Part shown: positions 1 to 20,154 of the stretch, in pieces
How positions within the stretch are numbered: position 1 is the first letter of the stretch
Layout: each line of letters opens with the position of its first letter
NCBI GenBank assembly: GCA_033442325.1
Contig: JAWQFM010000021.1
Location: 1,116,480 to 1,180,479 of the forward strand
Origin: Salpingoeca rosetta
Taxonomy: Eukaryota; Protista; Choanoflagellata
Direction: 5' to 3'
DNA length: 64,000 nt
Program-made: the position numbers and the translations under genes
The notes under the pieces: model-generated
Database searches by the model: none
What the model was told of the DNA's origin: nothing
What the model saw: only the letters and a program-made list of their open reading frames with translations

Positions 1-456
1 ACGGAGCAGTGGGCAGAGCACAGATGCAGCGCCAGCAGACAAGCCAAATGTCCAAATGGGGCGGATGATGTTCGAGCAGCAGCATGCAAACAAACGGGCA
101 GGAAGAGCAAGTCGATCAAAGCGTGCAACGTGTATGTGCGTGCGTGCGTGCGTGCGTGCATGTGCTTTTGTTTGTTTGTTGGTTGGTGTGTGCTCTTGTG
201 TTTGTGCGTGTGTGTGTGTGTGTGTGCATGCATGTATGGATGTATGCATGTATGGATGGATGTATGTGTGTGTGTTTGCTTGTGTGTGTGTGTGTTTGCT
301 TGTGTGTGTGTGTGTGTTTGCTTGTGTGTGTGTGTATGTGTTTGCTTGTGTGTGTGTGTGTGTGTTTGCTTGCTTGTTTGTGTGCATGAGCCTGTTGTGC
401 ATGGGATGAGTGGCGACATGCTGGACTTTGGGCTTGTCGAGTGACTGCGTACATAC

Positions 457-573
457 CAGGGGTGGCGGTGGTGGCGGCGGTACCGTTCTGTTGTCAATAA
501 ACACAAAGCAATAGTGCGCGAAGAGCAAGGGGAGAACAGTGAGTTATTGGGGGTGTGTGGGTGTGTGTGAGTG

Positions 574-655
<82 letters not shown>

Positions 656-1201
656 TCGTGTGTGTACGGCATGTGTGTGTGTGTACGTCATGCGTGTACG
701 TCGTGTGTGTACATCGTGTGTGTGTGGATTGTGGTGGCTCATCTTGTGATGAACTGACCATGCTGTCGGTGCCTGCGGCTGTCATCGTGGCGGAGAGCAA
801 CAGCAATCGCGAGGAACACAGAACATTGATTGGTGTGAGCGACGTGGGAAGTGTGTTGGTAGAATCACGACAAACAAGCACTCACAACCACATACACGCA
901 ACGCGGGCACCAAGACACGGCAAACACGCACTGAGACACACAACCACGCGCTCACAACCACAGCCACTGGCCAATATCACACATGGACGAAGAAAACACA
1001 GACGCACGCGCGATACACGTTTTGGCAGATATGGCGCGTGTTTCCCTCTCGCTCTTTCTCTCGCTCTCTCTCGCCTTTCTCATCCCTGCCTGCTTTCTCT
1101 GCAAGGCACTCACGCTCGGCGTTGTCGTCCTTCACTGCTGGTCGCTTGGTGTCGAGGCCCTCGCTCGTGTCCTCCTGCTTACGCTTCGCTGTCTCACTCA
1201 T
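457..1201 (-). CDS. 5' part of an unknown protein-coding gene that probably continues off the left edge; exons 1201-1114, 772-759, 487-457 (MSETAKRKQEDTSEGLDTKRPAVKDDNAERTDSMNGTAATTATP...)
   Basis: ATG at 1201. Donors gtgagt, gtcagt and gtatgt and cag acceptors join three short exons in frame. KRK...KR is a bipartite-NLS-like start. Confidence 0.55.
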
Positions 1202-1671
1202 TGTGTCGACAAAGTGAAGGAGGTTGTGTCGGTTGTGTGGTGATTCGTTGACAAACGCGGCGGCACACGCGCAGAAGCAGCGGGCGGGGGAGAGGAGCGG
1301 GAGAGGAGAAGAAGAAGGCACAAGAAAGGGCAACAACAGCAGGAGCAAGAAGCAAGAAGCAACAGACGGGAGGCAGAGAGGCAAGCGGGGTGAGAGGCGA
1401 AGGCGTGGGAACAAGCAAGGCGCGAACGAACGATTGGCCGATCAAAACTTGGCACATGCGCCACCAACAACGACAAGAGGAGGTTTCGCCAAAGACTCCC
1501 ACCAATCCTCTTATTCGTCTCAAATCTTCCGCCAACATTCGCCTGTGGGTCTTTGTGGGCGGAACAGAAGGAGGACAACGAACAACAAGTTGAGCGAGCA
1601 GAGTGGAGCACCAACACAGCAGCATCAGTGGGCACAGGATCGCACACACCCCACCTTGAGACCTTGCCACC

Positions 1672-9095
<7,424 letters not shown>

Positions 9096-9141
9096 CATGC
9101 CCCTCTTGCGTGAGCGCACACACTCACAGCCACGCACACTA

Positions 9142-9219
<78 letters not shown>

Positions 9220-9982
9220 ACATCATATCACGTCACATCACAAGGACGCAGTTCTTTCTCTTCTGACGTGATATGTTGCGTGCCACCTCTTGTCGTTTCT
9301 CACGCACACTTCCCTGTTTCCTCCTTTCCCACCTGTCTGTGGCGCGGCCTTCTGCTTGTGTGCGCATTCTTCTTGTTTGTGTGTTGTTGCACCATCCGTG
9401 ACCAACAGACAGCAACAGCAGCGTTGAGCTTGCACCACCCTGGCACCACTCGCAACCTGTCACTTGTACCCGTTGCATGCATACACATTTACTGAACTTC
9501 TTCCTTTCACCAGCCAGCCAGAGCTCATTCGTGCACACGCACCGGCAAGCAAGTCCAACACGAACTGCCAAACAAACAAACAAACAAACAAACAACAGCA
9601 GCAGCCGCCGCCTTGCTTGTCTTGTGTCCACCGTGAGCCCGGCCAACGAGACGCCCGCTCCGTGTGATGGCGCTCTCCACAGCACAGGAAGCGGAAAGCA
9701 GGCCCTGCAACAGATGCAACAGGAGAGAGAACATGCATTGCGTGCATGTGCCAACGAGTTGATCAACATGACAGACAATCCCATGGGGCATGAGTGCAAA
9801 CACGCAATGTCAACAAAGACAAAAGAAACACAATGCTAACATGCACACAATGCTAACATGCACACAATGCTAACATGCACATACACACACGTGTGGAGAG
9901 TGAAAAGAGGGACAACAAAGAGGTGGTGTGTGCAGACAGCCAGCGTGCTCAAAGATTGGTTGTGTTCTTCCCAAACCCAAGA

Positions 9983-10153
9983 GAGTGTGTGGTGGAAAAC
10001 TAACGCACACCCTCTCTCAGCCTCACTGGAGGACGAGAAGAACACAAACACGCAGGACTGCAAGCACGGAAACACGATGGTTTTTGATCTCGCAAGCTTT
10101 GGACACTCGCCGCCACACGTAAACGTTCAAGGCGGAGAGCATGGCATACTCGC
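9983..10153 (-). ncRNA. H/ACA-like RNA, paralog 2 (left-arm copy)
   Basis: Mirror of 33232-33402. Confidence 0.35.
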
Positions 10154-10736
10154 TTTGGGTCCAACACAGTGGGAGAGGGGGAAAGTGGACAAGAAAGGAC
10201 GCGAAATGACAAAAGGGGGAAGGGGGAGGGAGAAAGCGTGGCAGATGGGGAAAGGCAAAGAGGAAGGTAACACAGAGCCGAGCTGGGTACAAACAGTCAA
10301 ACACACAAACACAACCACACCCACAAACACAACCACACGCACACTTACCATCCATGGACATGGTGAGCTTGATTCGCTGCATATGAGACGCTGGCCGCTG
10401 GTCAGCAGTCAAGATGCCCCTGTCCCAGTTCAGCCATCATATCACGCCTGCATGGTAACTGTTGCCAATTCAACACGCACACACACAAATACACATTCAC
10501 ACACACATACACACACAAATACACATTCACACACACACACATGCGCGCACACACAATATACACACATGCACACATACAATACACATACAAACATATCAAG
10601 GAAGGGTGAGTGACACGCGGAGGAACAACACGCAAACACCAACCACATCAAAACAACACGACACATGATTGCCACGTGGTAGGGGATGTATGCATGCAGC
10701 CAACGCGCAAGCGCTCTTGTTGGCACGAGAGCGGAT

Positions 10737-10877
10737 GTGTGTGCATGCGCAACACACGCCACCACCACAAGAGCAAAGGCGAGACCACAAGCAACAAGAG
10801 GAATTGGTGTTGCAAGCTTTGGACGCTTGCCGCCACACGAGAACGTTGAAGGCGGAAAGCAATTTGACACACTTGCA
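10737..10877 (-). ncRNA. H/ACA-like RNA, paralog 1 (left-arm copy)
   Basis: Mirror of 32500-32640. Confidence 0.45.
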
Positions 10878-11593
10878 TGAGAAAAGGTGAAAGAAGGGAA
10901 AAGGGAGGGCAAATGTGGAAGAGGACACGGGAGAACAAATCATGTGCTGGCAAGTAGAAGAGAAAAGGAAGCAGCAAAGCTGCCATGCGTGCACGCATGC
11001 ACATATGCACATGCAAGTACACACACACACGCGCACGCACACGCACACGCACACGCACGCACAAGCACACGCAAGCGTACCTCGTTCGTGATGGTACGTC
11101 GAGCAGCGTCGCTGTCGCCGCGGCATGCCATCATGGGTGATCCTGGCCGTCATGGCAGCCGTGCTTGATCGCTTCATCCACTGCACATGCTGTCTGTTGC
11201 TGTGAGCGAAAAAAAAATGGGCGAAGAACACACGTGCACAGAAAGGAAAGGAAAATCAGGGGAAGAAAAATGCTGGGGCTATTTTTAGTAGTTTGTACTG
11301 TTTGTAGACAGCAGTCGAATTTTTGTTGGCACAAAAAGCCGCCACAGAGACACAGACACAGAGACACAGAGAGAGTCAGAGAGAGACAGAGAGAGAGAGA
11401 GACAGAGAGACAGAGAGACAGAGAGACAGAGAGACAGAGAGACAGAGAGAGAGAGGAGAGACAGACCGACACAGACGACACAGACGACACACGAAGACGA
11501 GACAAGAGGCAGTGTGAAGAGCACGATCAGGTGCAGTCGGTGATGGGGAGGCAACGTCCATGTCCGTGCCCTTCGTGGCATCCGTGGTCTGAT

Positions 11594-12026
11594 TGTTGCA
11601 AGTTCATGGTGGTGGTGCTGTTGTTGGAGACTTGTGTGTGTGTGTGTGTGCTGTGTGTGCTGTGTGTGCTGTGTAGGAGATTGTCTTGGCAGGAGAGAGT
11701 TGTGTGTGTTTACTTGAGTTGTGAAGCAAACAAGGATGTAGGATGAAAGAACACTCCAACAGAAAGAAACAGAGCACAAGACAAAAATTTGTCGACAACG
11801 CAAAGTGGTGACGTGGCAGTGTTTGTTGAGAGTTGTGTGGTTATATGGTGTGTTATGCAAGAGCATGTAACATCGAGCAACCACACAAGCTAAACACTGC
11901 ACGTGCAACAGGTTGGAGGGAAATCACGTGAACATTCCAGAACACAAGAGAGGTGAATGTAAATTTGTGGTGTCGTAAAGAAGGGAGGTCAATGATGACT
12001 CAGCAGACAGGACTTGCCTGTCAACA
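11594..12026 (-). mobile_element. 3' LTR (family LTR-A, 433 bp, TGTTG...CAACA) of copia element 1
   Basis: TG...CA ends with a 5-bp terminal inverted repeat. A purine tract (gcgggggag on minus) lies immediately upstream. Further copies at 25-26.7 kb. Confidence 0.9.
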
Positions 12027-12253
12027 CTCCCCCGCATTGACCTACCTCTCTGTTGCGTTGATGTTCTGAAACGTGATGATGATGATGATGATGATGATGT
12101 CATGCATGTAGGAGTGGCATGGGCAGAGGTAGGTGAGATGTGAGTAAGGACGTGTGTTGTGGAACACGTTTAAAAAATGGTTGGTGCCTGTGGTGCGCAG
12201 CCTGTTGTGGAAGGCTGGCCCGAGTGAAGGCGTGTCCTGTGGTGCGCGGCCGC

Positions 12254-15200
12254 TCAGAGGTCCTGACGCGGAGTCGAAGGACGTGGCGACCGGCCCGAAT
12301 GAGGACGGGCCCGTGGCTGGCAGCCTGGCAGAGGACGCTGGTCGAACAGCATCGTGCAGAACTGAGCCGTCTTGGGCCGAGGGAGGATCTTCGTGAGGAG
12401 ATCTGCGATCATGTGCTCCGTGGCGAGGTAGCTCAGCACAATCCTCTTGGTGTCGACGCACTCGCGGATGTAGTGGTATTTGACGAGGATGTGCCGCATG
12501 CGCGAGGCGGCGTGTTCGGCAACGCGCTGCGCCGGCTGGTTGTCCGTGTGGACGAGCGTGGGCTCGCACAGGACGGCGCCGGTGAGCTCCTCCTGGAGTT
12601 GGCGAAGGAACATGAGTTCCTGTGCGGTGGCTGCGAGAGCCATGTACTCCGCGTCGGCGGAGGCTGTGGCCACGGTGGCCTGCAGCTTGGAGTTCCAGGA
12701 CACGGGGCCCGTGGAACANNNNNNNNNNNNNNNNNNNNNNNNNNNNNNNNNNNNNNNNNNNNNNNNNNNNNNNNNNNNNNNNNNNNNNNNNNNNNNNNNN
12801 NNNNNNNNNNNNNNNNNNNNNNNNNNNNNNNNNNNNNNNNNNNNNNNNNNNNNNNNNNNNNNNNNNNNNNNNNNNNNNNNNNNNNNNNNNNNNNNNNNNN
12901 NNNNNNNNNNNNNNNNNNNNNNNNNNNNNNNNNNNNNNNNNNNNNNNNNNNNNNNNNNNNNNNNNNNNNNNNNNNNNNNNNNNNNNNNNNNNNNNNNNNN
13001 NNNNNNNNNNNNNNNNNNNNNNNNNNNNNNNNNNNNNNNNNNNNNNNNNNNNNNNNNNNNNNNNNNNNNNNNNNNCGTGTCAATGTCGGAGGCGAACGAC
13101 GCATCCGAGTACGCTGAGAGCACGCCGTCGGCAGTGCTTCCGTTGCTGGCGTCGCCAGTGGCGGCGTACTTGATGGTGTAGGACAAGGTGCCCTTGATGT
13201 AGCGAAGAAGGTGCTTGGCAGCCTTCCAGTGGTCCATGCCGAAGTGCTGCATACGGCGAGACAGGATGGAGACAGCCGCCGAGATGTCTGGGCGCGTCAT
13301 CGTCGCAGCATAGAGGAGGGAGCCAAGCAGCTCGCGGAACGGCACATCCGGGAGTGGCTCCTCCTTGTCGGCTGGCTTGTCGACGTAGCCCGTGCAGAGC
13401 GGCGTGCCGACAGGCTTGCAGTCAGCCATGCCGAAGGTCTCCAGCACGTTGCGCAGGTAGTGCACCTGGCTCATGGTGACGGTATTGGCCTTGCGGTCGT
13501 GCTGCACCTTGATGCCGAGACATATGTCTGGGCTGCCCAGGTCCTTCATCTTGAAGCGCTTGGAGATGGCCTTCTTGAACGCGGCCATGTCGCTGTCGCC
13601 GTCGGCGAAGATGAGCAGGTCGTCCACGTAGACGGCAACCCACATCACTTTGCCACCCTTGCAGGTGCGGCGGTAGATGCAGGCGTCCGTGGCTGTGGCG
13701 ACGAAGTCCTGCTCGCGCATCCAGGCGTCCAGCGTGTGGTTCCACAGGCGCGGGCTCTGCTTCAGCCCATACAGCCCGCGCTTGAGGCGCAGGACCGTAT
13801 TCGGCGAGAAGATGCCGTCGACGGCCGGTGGCTGGACGTAGATCTCGTGATCTACGGGCGCGTTGAGGAAGGCCGTGTTGACGTCCATCTGCTGGATGTC
13901 CATGCCACGCGCGACGGCCATGGCGAGCATGGTGCGGATGGCTGCGATGGTAGCCGTCGGAGCAAAGGTGTCCGTGTAGTTAACACCGTGGACCTGGGAG
14001 TAGCCCTTGGCAACCCAGCGCGCCTTGTACTTGATTACCTTGCCCTGGTCATCGCGCTTCTTCCGAAAGATGACCATGCTGCGGAGCACCTTCTGGCCCT
14101 TGGGAAGGTCAGCGCGAGGCACGACGTCGTAGACGTCATTGGCCTGCATTGCCGCAAACTCGTCCAGGATGGCTTGGCGCCACTCCTCAGAGTCTGGCGA
14201 GGCAAGCGCCTCCTTGACGGTGGCTGGCTCAGCTGACGTGACAGCACTGCCAGCAGCGATGTCTGGTAGATGACCACCCACTGCTGATGTCTTCTCCCCC
14301 GTACCAGCAGCGCTGGTGGCAACGTGACACGTGGTGGTTGAGTCACCAGAGGTGTCCTTGTCGCCGAGGGTCTCGGACACCAGCAGCTGGTCCCAGACGG
14401 AGCCGCCAAGGGCGCGTGGCTGGAGCTGCGGCTCCCCCGCACGTGGTGCAGTGGGAGCGCCGGTGGCACTGTCCTCGGTCGAACGCTGAGCGGTCTTATT
14501 GGCATGCGAAGCAGAGGCACCGCTGTTGTCCTGCTCTTGCTGCTGCTGAGAGGAGGCGACGTCCTTGTTCTTGATGGCGCCGAAGCGAGCGTGGATGGTG
14601 TGGACAACGCGTCGCGTGTCCGGCATCCAGACGACGTGGGCCTGGTCCTCCTCGGCGAAGCCGACGTAGACGCCGACGCGTGAGCGTGGGTCAAGCTTGT
14701 GCCGCGTGCTGCTCTTCTCCACATGCACGTAGGCCGGCGAGCCGAAGACGCGCAGCAGGCTGACGTCGAAGGCGTGCCCAGTCAGGGCCTCGAACGGTGA
14801 CTTGTCCTTGAGGCTCCTGCGTGGCGCGATGTTGTGCAGCAGCGTGGCGTGTTGCACGGCGAAGTCCCAGAACGGCTTGTCCAGGTCCGCAGCAAACAGC
14901 ATTGTGCGTGCCGTCTCGAAGAGGGTGCGGAAGGTGCGCTCTGCGGATCCGTTCTTGGCCTGCGAGTGCGGTGGCGAGAAGCGCTGCTTGATGTCGAAGG
15001 CCAGGCACAGGTCGGTGAAGTCCTGGCTCTTGAAGACGGCGTCGCTATCCGTCTGCAGCGTGGCGTTGACGATGTGACGGTCCTTGCGCAGTTGCTCCAG
15101 GGCCGCACCGACCTCGTTCTTGTGCCGGATGAGAAACGTCCAGGCGAAGCGCGTGCAGTCGTCGATGAAGGTCAGCGCGTAGCGTGCACCTCGCAGCGAC

Positions 15201-15260
15201 GTCTCCTCCAGCGGACCGGCGATGTCGGCGTAGAGCAGCTGGCATGGCCCAGCGCTACGT
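12254..15260 (-). CDS. pol: Copia (Ty1-like) element 1 pol: integrase-RT-RNase H; gapped, 5' part in N gap
   Basis: IN LYADIAGP / QTDSD / SAERTF. RT KARWVAKGYSQ, QMDVNTAFLNA, LYGLKQS, YVDD. RNase H YSDAS, ADLLTK. The IN-before-RT order indicates copia. Confidence 0.93.
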
Positions 15261-16227
15261 NNNNNNNNNNNNNNNNNNNNNNNNNNNNNNNNNNNNNNNN
15301 NNNNNNNNNNNNNNNNNNNNNNNNNNNNNNNNNNNNNNNNNNNNNNNNNNNNNNNNNNNNNNNNNNNNNNNNNNNNNNNNNNNNNNNNNNNNNNNNNNNN
15401 NNNNNNNNNNNNNNNNNNNNNNNNNNNNNNNNNNNNNNNNNNNNNNNNNNNNNNNNNNNNNNNNNNNNNNNNNNNNNNNNNNNNNNNNNNNNNNNNNNNN
15501 NNNNNNNNNNNNNNNNNNNNNNNNNNNNNNNNNNNNNNNNNNNNNNNNNNNNNNNNNNNNNNNNNNNNNNNNNNNNNNNNNNNNNNNNNNNNNNNNNNNN
15601 NNNNNNNNNNNNNNNNNNNNNNNNNNNNNNNNNNNNNNNNNNNNNNNNNNNNNNNNNNNNNNNNNNNNNNNNNNNNNNNNNNNNNNNNNNNNNNNNNNNN
15701 NNNNNNNNNNNNNNNNNNNNNNNNNNNNNNNNNNNNNNNNNNNNNNNNNNNNNNNNNNNNNNNNNNNNNNNNNNNNNNNNNNNNNNNNNNNNNNNNNNNN
15801 NNNNNNNNNNNNNNNNNNNNNNNNNNNNNNNNNNNNNNNNNNNNNNNNNNNNNNNNNNNNNNNNNNNNNNNNNNNNNNNNNNNNNNNNNNNNNNNNNNNN
15901 NNNNNNNNNNNNNNNNNNNNNNNNNNNNNNNNNNNNNNNNNNNNNNNNNNNNNNNNNNNNNNNNNNNNNNNNNNNNNNNNNNNNNNNNNNNNNNNNNNNN
16001 NNNNNNNNNNNNNNNNNNNNNNNNNNNNNNNNNNNNNNNNNNNNNNNNNNNNNNNNNNNNNNNNNNNNNNNNNNNNNNNNNNNNNNNNNNNNNNNNNNNN
16101 NNNNNNNNNNNNNNNNNNNNNNNNNNNNNNNNNNNNNNNNNNNNNNNNNNNNNNNNNNNNNNNNNNNNNNNNNNNNNNNNNNNNNNNNNNNNNNNNNNNN
16201 NNNNNNNNNNNNNNNNNNNNNTCTACA

Positions 16228-16238
16228 GATTATGAGAC
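16228..16238 (+). promoter_or_regulatory. Primer-binding site GATTATGAGAC, complementary to the anticodon arm of tRNA-Met (half-tRNA priming)
   Basis: Directly follows the LTR-terminal CA. It is the reverse complement of GUCUCAUAAUC. Confidence 0.65.
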
Positions 16239-16350
16239 CCAGCCACTCCTGATCATCATCGCCACTTGTCTCACACTCGCTTGTGCTTCTTCTCTCCCTT
16301 CTGCTTGTTCCCCTCTCTTGTTTCTCCATCACCCTTCTTGAGCGTGCAGT

Positions 16351-19300
16351 ATGTCTGACCCGTCGGACCACGTCGTTTCCACGCCAGGATTCAAGATGGA
16401 CCTGCCCAAGTTCTCTGGCTCGCCCGGCACCTTTCATGCGTGGAGCATTCGCATGAAGATGGCGCTCAATCTGCGCGGCGACGACGTCTGGGCAGCTGTG
16501 GAGGCAGGAGCATCGTCATCGGGAGGTCCAAGCTCAGCGACACGCTCAAGTGCAAGGAGACCGACAGCAGGAGATCACGCCAACCTCACCGCTGCAAACC
16601 TCATCGCGTCCACGCTCTCAGGCTACCCCCTTCTCCTGTTCACCAACGGAGAAGCAGACGTCAACGCCGGCCAAGGATGGGCCCGGCTCAAGGACCACTA
16701 CGCTTCGCAGGACCGCCTCCGCATTGCAGAGCTCAAGGAGGCGCAGCTTCACGTCCCCTGCGGCAACCTCGCCCGCTTCTTCGAGCGACACATGGAGCTG
16801 CAGCAGCAGTTGCAGGACGCGGGCGTGCGTCAGGACAACGAGGACCTCTTCACCATCGTCTGGAAGCAGCTGCCACGCTGGACAGCCCCGCTCACGCTTC
16901 CCTACTTTGCCAGTGGCCGCTTTCCCTCCCTCCTCGAGCTCAGCATCAGGCTGCAGCAGCTGGAGCAGCAGATGCGTGGTTCACGCACANNNNNNNNNNN
17001 NNNNNNNNNNNNNNNNNNNNNNNNNNNNNNNNNNNNNNNNNNNNNNNNNNNNNNNNNNNNNNNNNNNNNNNNNNNNNNNNNNNNNNNNNNNNNNNNNNNN
17101 NNNNNNNNNNNNNNNNNNNNNNNNNNNNNNNNNNNNNNNNNNNNNNNNNNNNNNNNNNNNNNNNNNNNNNNNNNNNNNNNNNNNNNNNNNNNNNNNNNNN
17201 NNNNNNNNNNNNNNNNNNNNNNNNNNNNNNNNNNNNNNNNNNNNNNNNNNNNNNNNNNNNNNNCCTTCGTCGCTGCCACAGCTACTACACCCACGCAGCT
17301 GCATGACCCACTCACGTGGCTTGCAGACACGGGTGCTTCACACCACCTCACCTTCGTCAAGGACGCCTTCGTGGAGCTGACACCGCACCTGCAACAGCAC
17401 CATCCACGCCACATCACTGCGTTTGGCGGCACACGTGTGCCCGTGCGCGGTGTTGGCTCTGTGCTGTTGCATGCACGCACGACGAGCGGAGCCAGGATGC
17501 AGGTTGTGCTACAGGAGTGCCTCTACGTGCCCGAGGGCCAGGCCAACCTCATCGCCCTCGGTCGTCTGACCAGGGACAGCAGCGGCAGGCCAACGGGCCA
17601 CTCGCAGCGTGATGGCGCTGATGGGCACTACGTGCGCTTCAGCCACGGAGCCGAGGTCAAGCTGAAGGAGCGCAACAGCCTCCGGTGCTGGCCCATTGTT
17701 GCTGTTGGTCCATCCACGGCACACGGTCTCACCGCCGATGCCTGCAAGCAACCACAGCAACCCGCAGCAGCTCCTGCAGCCCAGAGCAAGGTGCAGACAC
17801 CATCGATGCATGAGGTACTTGGCCACCGCAACGACAACGACGTGCAGCAGTACTGCAAGCTGATGGGCATCGACGATCGCAACGTCATCAGCAGCAAGCA
17901 GTGTACAACGTGCGCAGTGACCAAGAGCACTCGTCACAGCGTCAGCAAGCACGCGGAACGCACACAGGTGCCCGGCGAGCGCATCCACGCCGACATCGTC
18001 GACTGGACCGCGGACTCGCCCACGGGCAAGCGCTACAGCCTCGTCATCGTCGATGAGGGAAGCAAGCTCCTGCATGCAGTCCATCTCAACGCCAAGAAGG
18101 ACGCAGTTGCCGCGTTCCAGTCTTTCCTGCGCGAGACCAAGCTCCCCATCTCACCCACAACAACAGCACTCCAGACGGATTCCGATGCCATCTTCCTCGG
18201 AGCTGACTTCCAGGCCATCGTCAAGAAGCACCTGAAGCAGCACCAGCAGTCCCCGCCGTACACCCAGGCGCAGAACGGCATCGTCGAGCGACAGGTGCGC
18301 ACCCTCTCCGACATGGTGCGAGCCATGATCACGGGTGCAGGCCTCGACGCATCGTACTGGAGCCTCGCCTGTAACCACGCCCTCCACATCCTCAACAACA
18401 TGCCTCGCCCTTCCCTCCACGGCAAGACACCGCTGCAGATTGTCACGGGCTCGCTGCCCAAGCACGTGCCGCAGCTGCACGTCTTCGCGCAGCCGGCCGT
18501 CGTCCACATCAGCACACAGCGCGGACGCCTGCAGCCCAAGGGCCGCCGAGGCATCTACGTCGGCCACAACAGCAGCAGCAACAGCCACCTCGTCTACTTT
18601 GAAGACACGAACACCGTTGTGTCCTCCATCCACGTCCGCTTCCTTCCCTTCTCCAAGGCCGATGATGTCGTGGATGAGGGGGAGGAGCAAGTGCAGACAT
18701 CCACGACATCGTCCATGCTCCAGCTTCCCAGTGCACGTGACAGCAGCAACAGCACCACTGACGGTGAGCCACCAACGGTTCACATCGATGAGGACCAGGA
18801 CGACGATGTCGAGACAGACTCCCTGCTCACGGACTTCGACAACGACAGCAGCAGCGACACCAACGACGCCAACTACGACCCCGACACAACAGATGCAAGC
18901 GACACCGAGGCAGGCGCGTTCACAGCAAGCAGCAGTGACGACACCAGCCTCACGGAGCCTGCAAGCATCAAGCAGGCACTCAAGAGCCAGCAACGCAAGC
19001 AGTGGACTCAGGCATGCTTGGAGGAGATCGGGGCCATGGAGCGCAACGGCGTCATCAAGCTCATCCCACGCAGCGCCGTGCCACGACAGCACACGCCTCT
19101 CAAGTCACGCTTCGTCTTCAAGGTGAAGCGTGACGCTGAGGGCGCGCCGACGCGCTTCAAGGCACGCTGGGTCGCCAAGGGCTTCAGCCAACGACCGGGC
19201 ATCGACTTCGACCAGACCTACGCCCCAACACCAGCAGCCAAGACCATCCTCACTGTACTCGCCGTCTCCCTGCAACGACAGCACCAGCTGCACCAGCTCG

Positions 19301-20154
19301 ACTTCAAGTCGGCTTACCTGCAGGCTGATCTCAAGGAGGAGCTGTACATGGAGCTGCCGCCGCACTTCACCGACATCGGCGACGGCGCTCAACGCTACGC
19401 GGGCAAGGTGTGCCGGCTGCTCAAGCCGCTCTACGGCCTCAAGCAAGCTGGCCGTGCATGGGCCAAGAAGCTGCACACCTTCCTCAAGACCAACGGATGG
19501 GCGCAGAGCAACGTCGACGCCTGCCTCTTCACCAAGCTCCACGACGACGGACAGCGCACATGGATCATCACGTACGTCGACGACCTCATCATCAGCGGCA
19601 GCAGCGAGCGCCACATCCGTGCCTGCAAGCAGCAGATCAAGGAGAGCTTCGAGGCAGAGGACCTGGGCCCGCTCACCTGGTACCTGGGCCTTCACCTGAC
19701 GTCACCAGCTGACGGGGTGTTGCATATTGCGCAGACACAGGCCATCAACGACATCGTCAACGACTACAACCTGGCAGCGGCAGCCAGCGTGTCCACGCCC
19801 ATGCGTGTTGGCATCGACGCCTCCAGCATCAGCGAGCAGCCCGACCAACGCCTGCCTTTCCGCAACCTCGTCGGCTCGCTCCTGTACCTGGCCAACCGCA
19901 CGAGACCAGACGTCAGCTTCGCGTGCGGACTGCTCTGCCGTTACATGGACCGTTACACGACGGTCCACTGGCAGGCAGCCAAGCACGTCGTGCGGTACCT
20001 GAAGGCGACGAGCGAGCACGGCCTCCTCTTCAAGCGACGCAGCGGCACGCGCAAGGACCAGCCGCTGGACCTTGTGTGCTACAGCGATGCCAGCTTCGGC
20101 ACCGACCAGCTGACGGGCCGCTCCACGACGGGCTTCACCTGCTACATCAACGGC
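16351..20154 (+). CDS. Copia element 2 gag-pol polyprotein (3' end in N gap)
   Basis: gag DLPKFSG...WSIRMK; PR WLADTGASHH; HHCC HEVLGH...CTTC; IN IHADI / QTDSD / IVERQ; RT YVDD; RNase H YSDAS. Confidence 0.93.

Larger units (their letters stand above)
9283..11753. repeat. Left arm of ~2.47-kb near-identical inverted repeat (partner 31624-34102)
   Basis: Reverse complement of 31624-34102. Many ORFs in the track are mirrored almost identically (e.g. 10596-11231 vs 32146-32781). Differences are mostly microsatellite length. Confidence 0.95.

Noticed and set aside
9828-9879. 17-bp unit x3 (also 20-bp x2 at ~28338-28378) as a CRISPR-like array
   Set aside because: Plain tandem repeats without spacers; no cas genes.
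12140-17480. Long ORFs with X runs
   Set aside because: They read through N gaps. Only the motif-bearing copia frames were kept.
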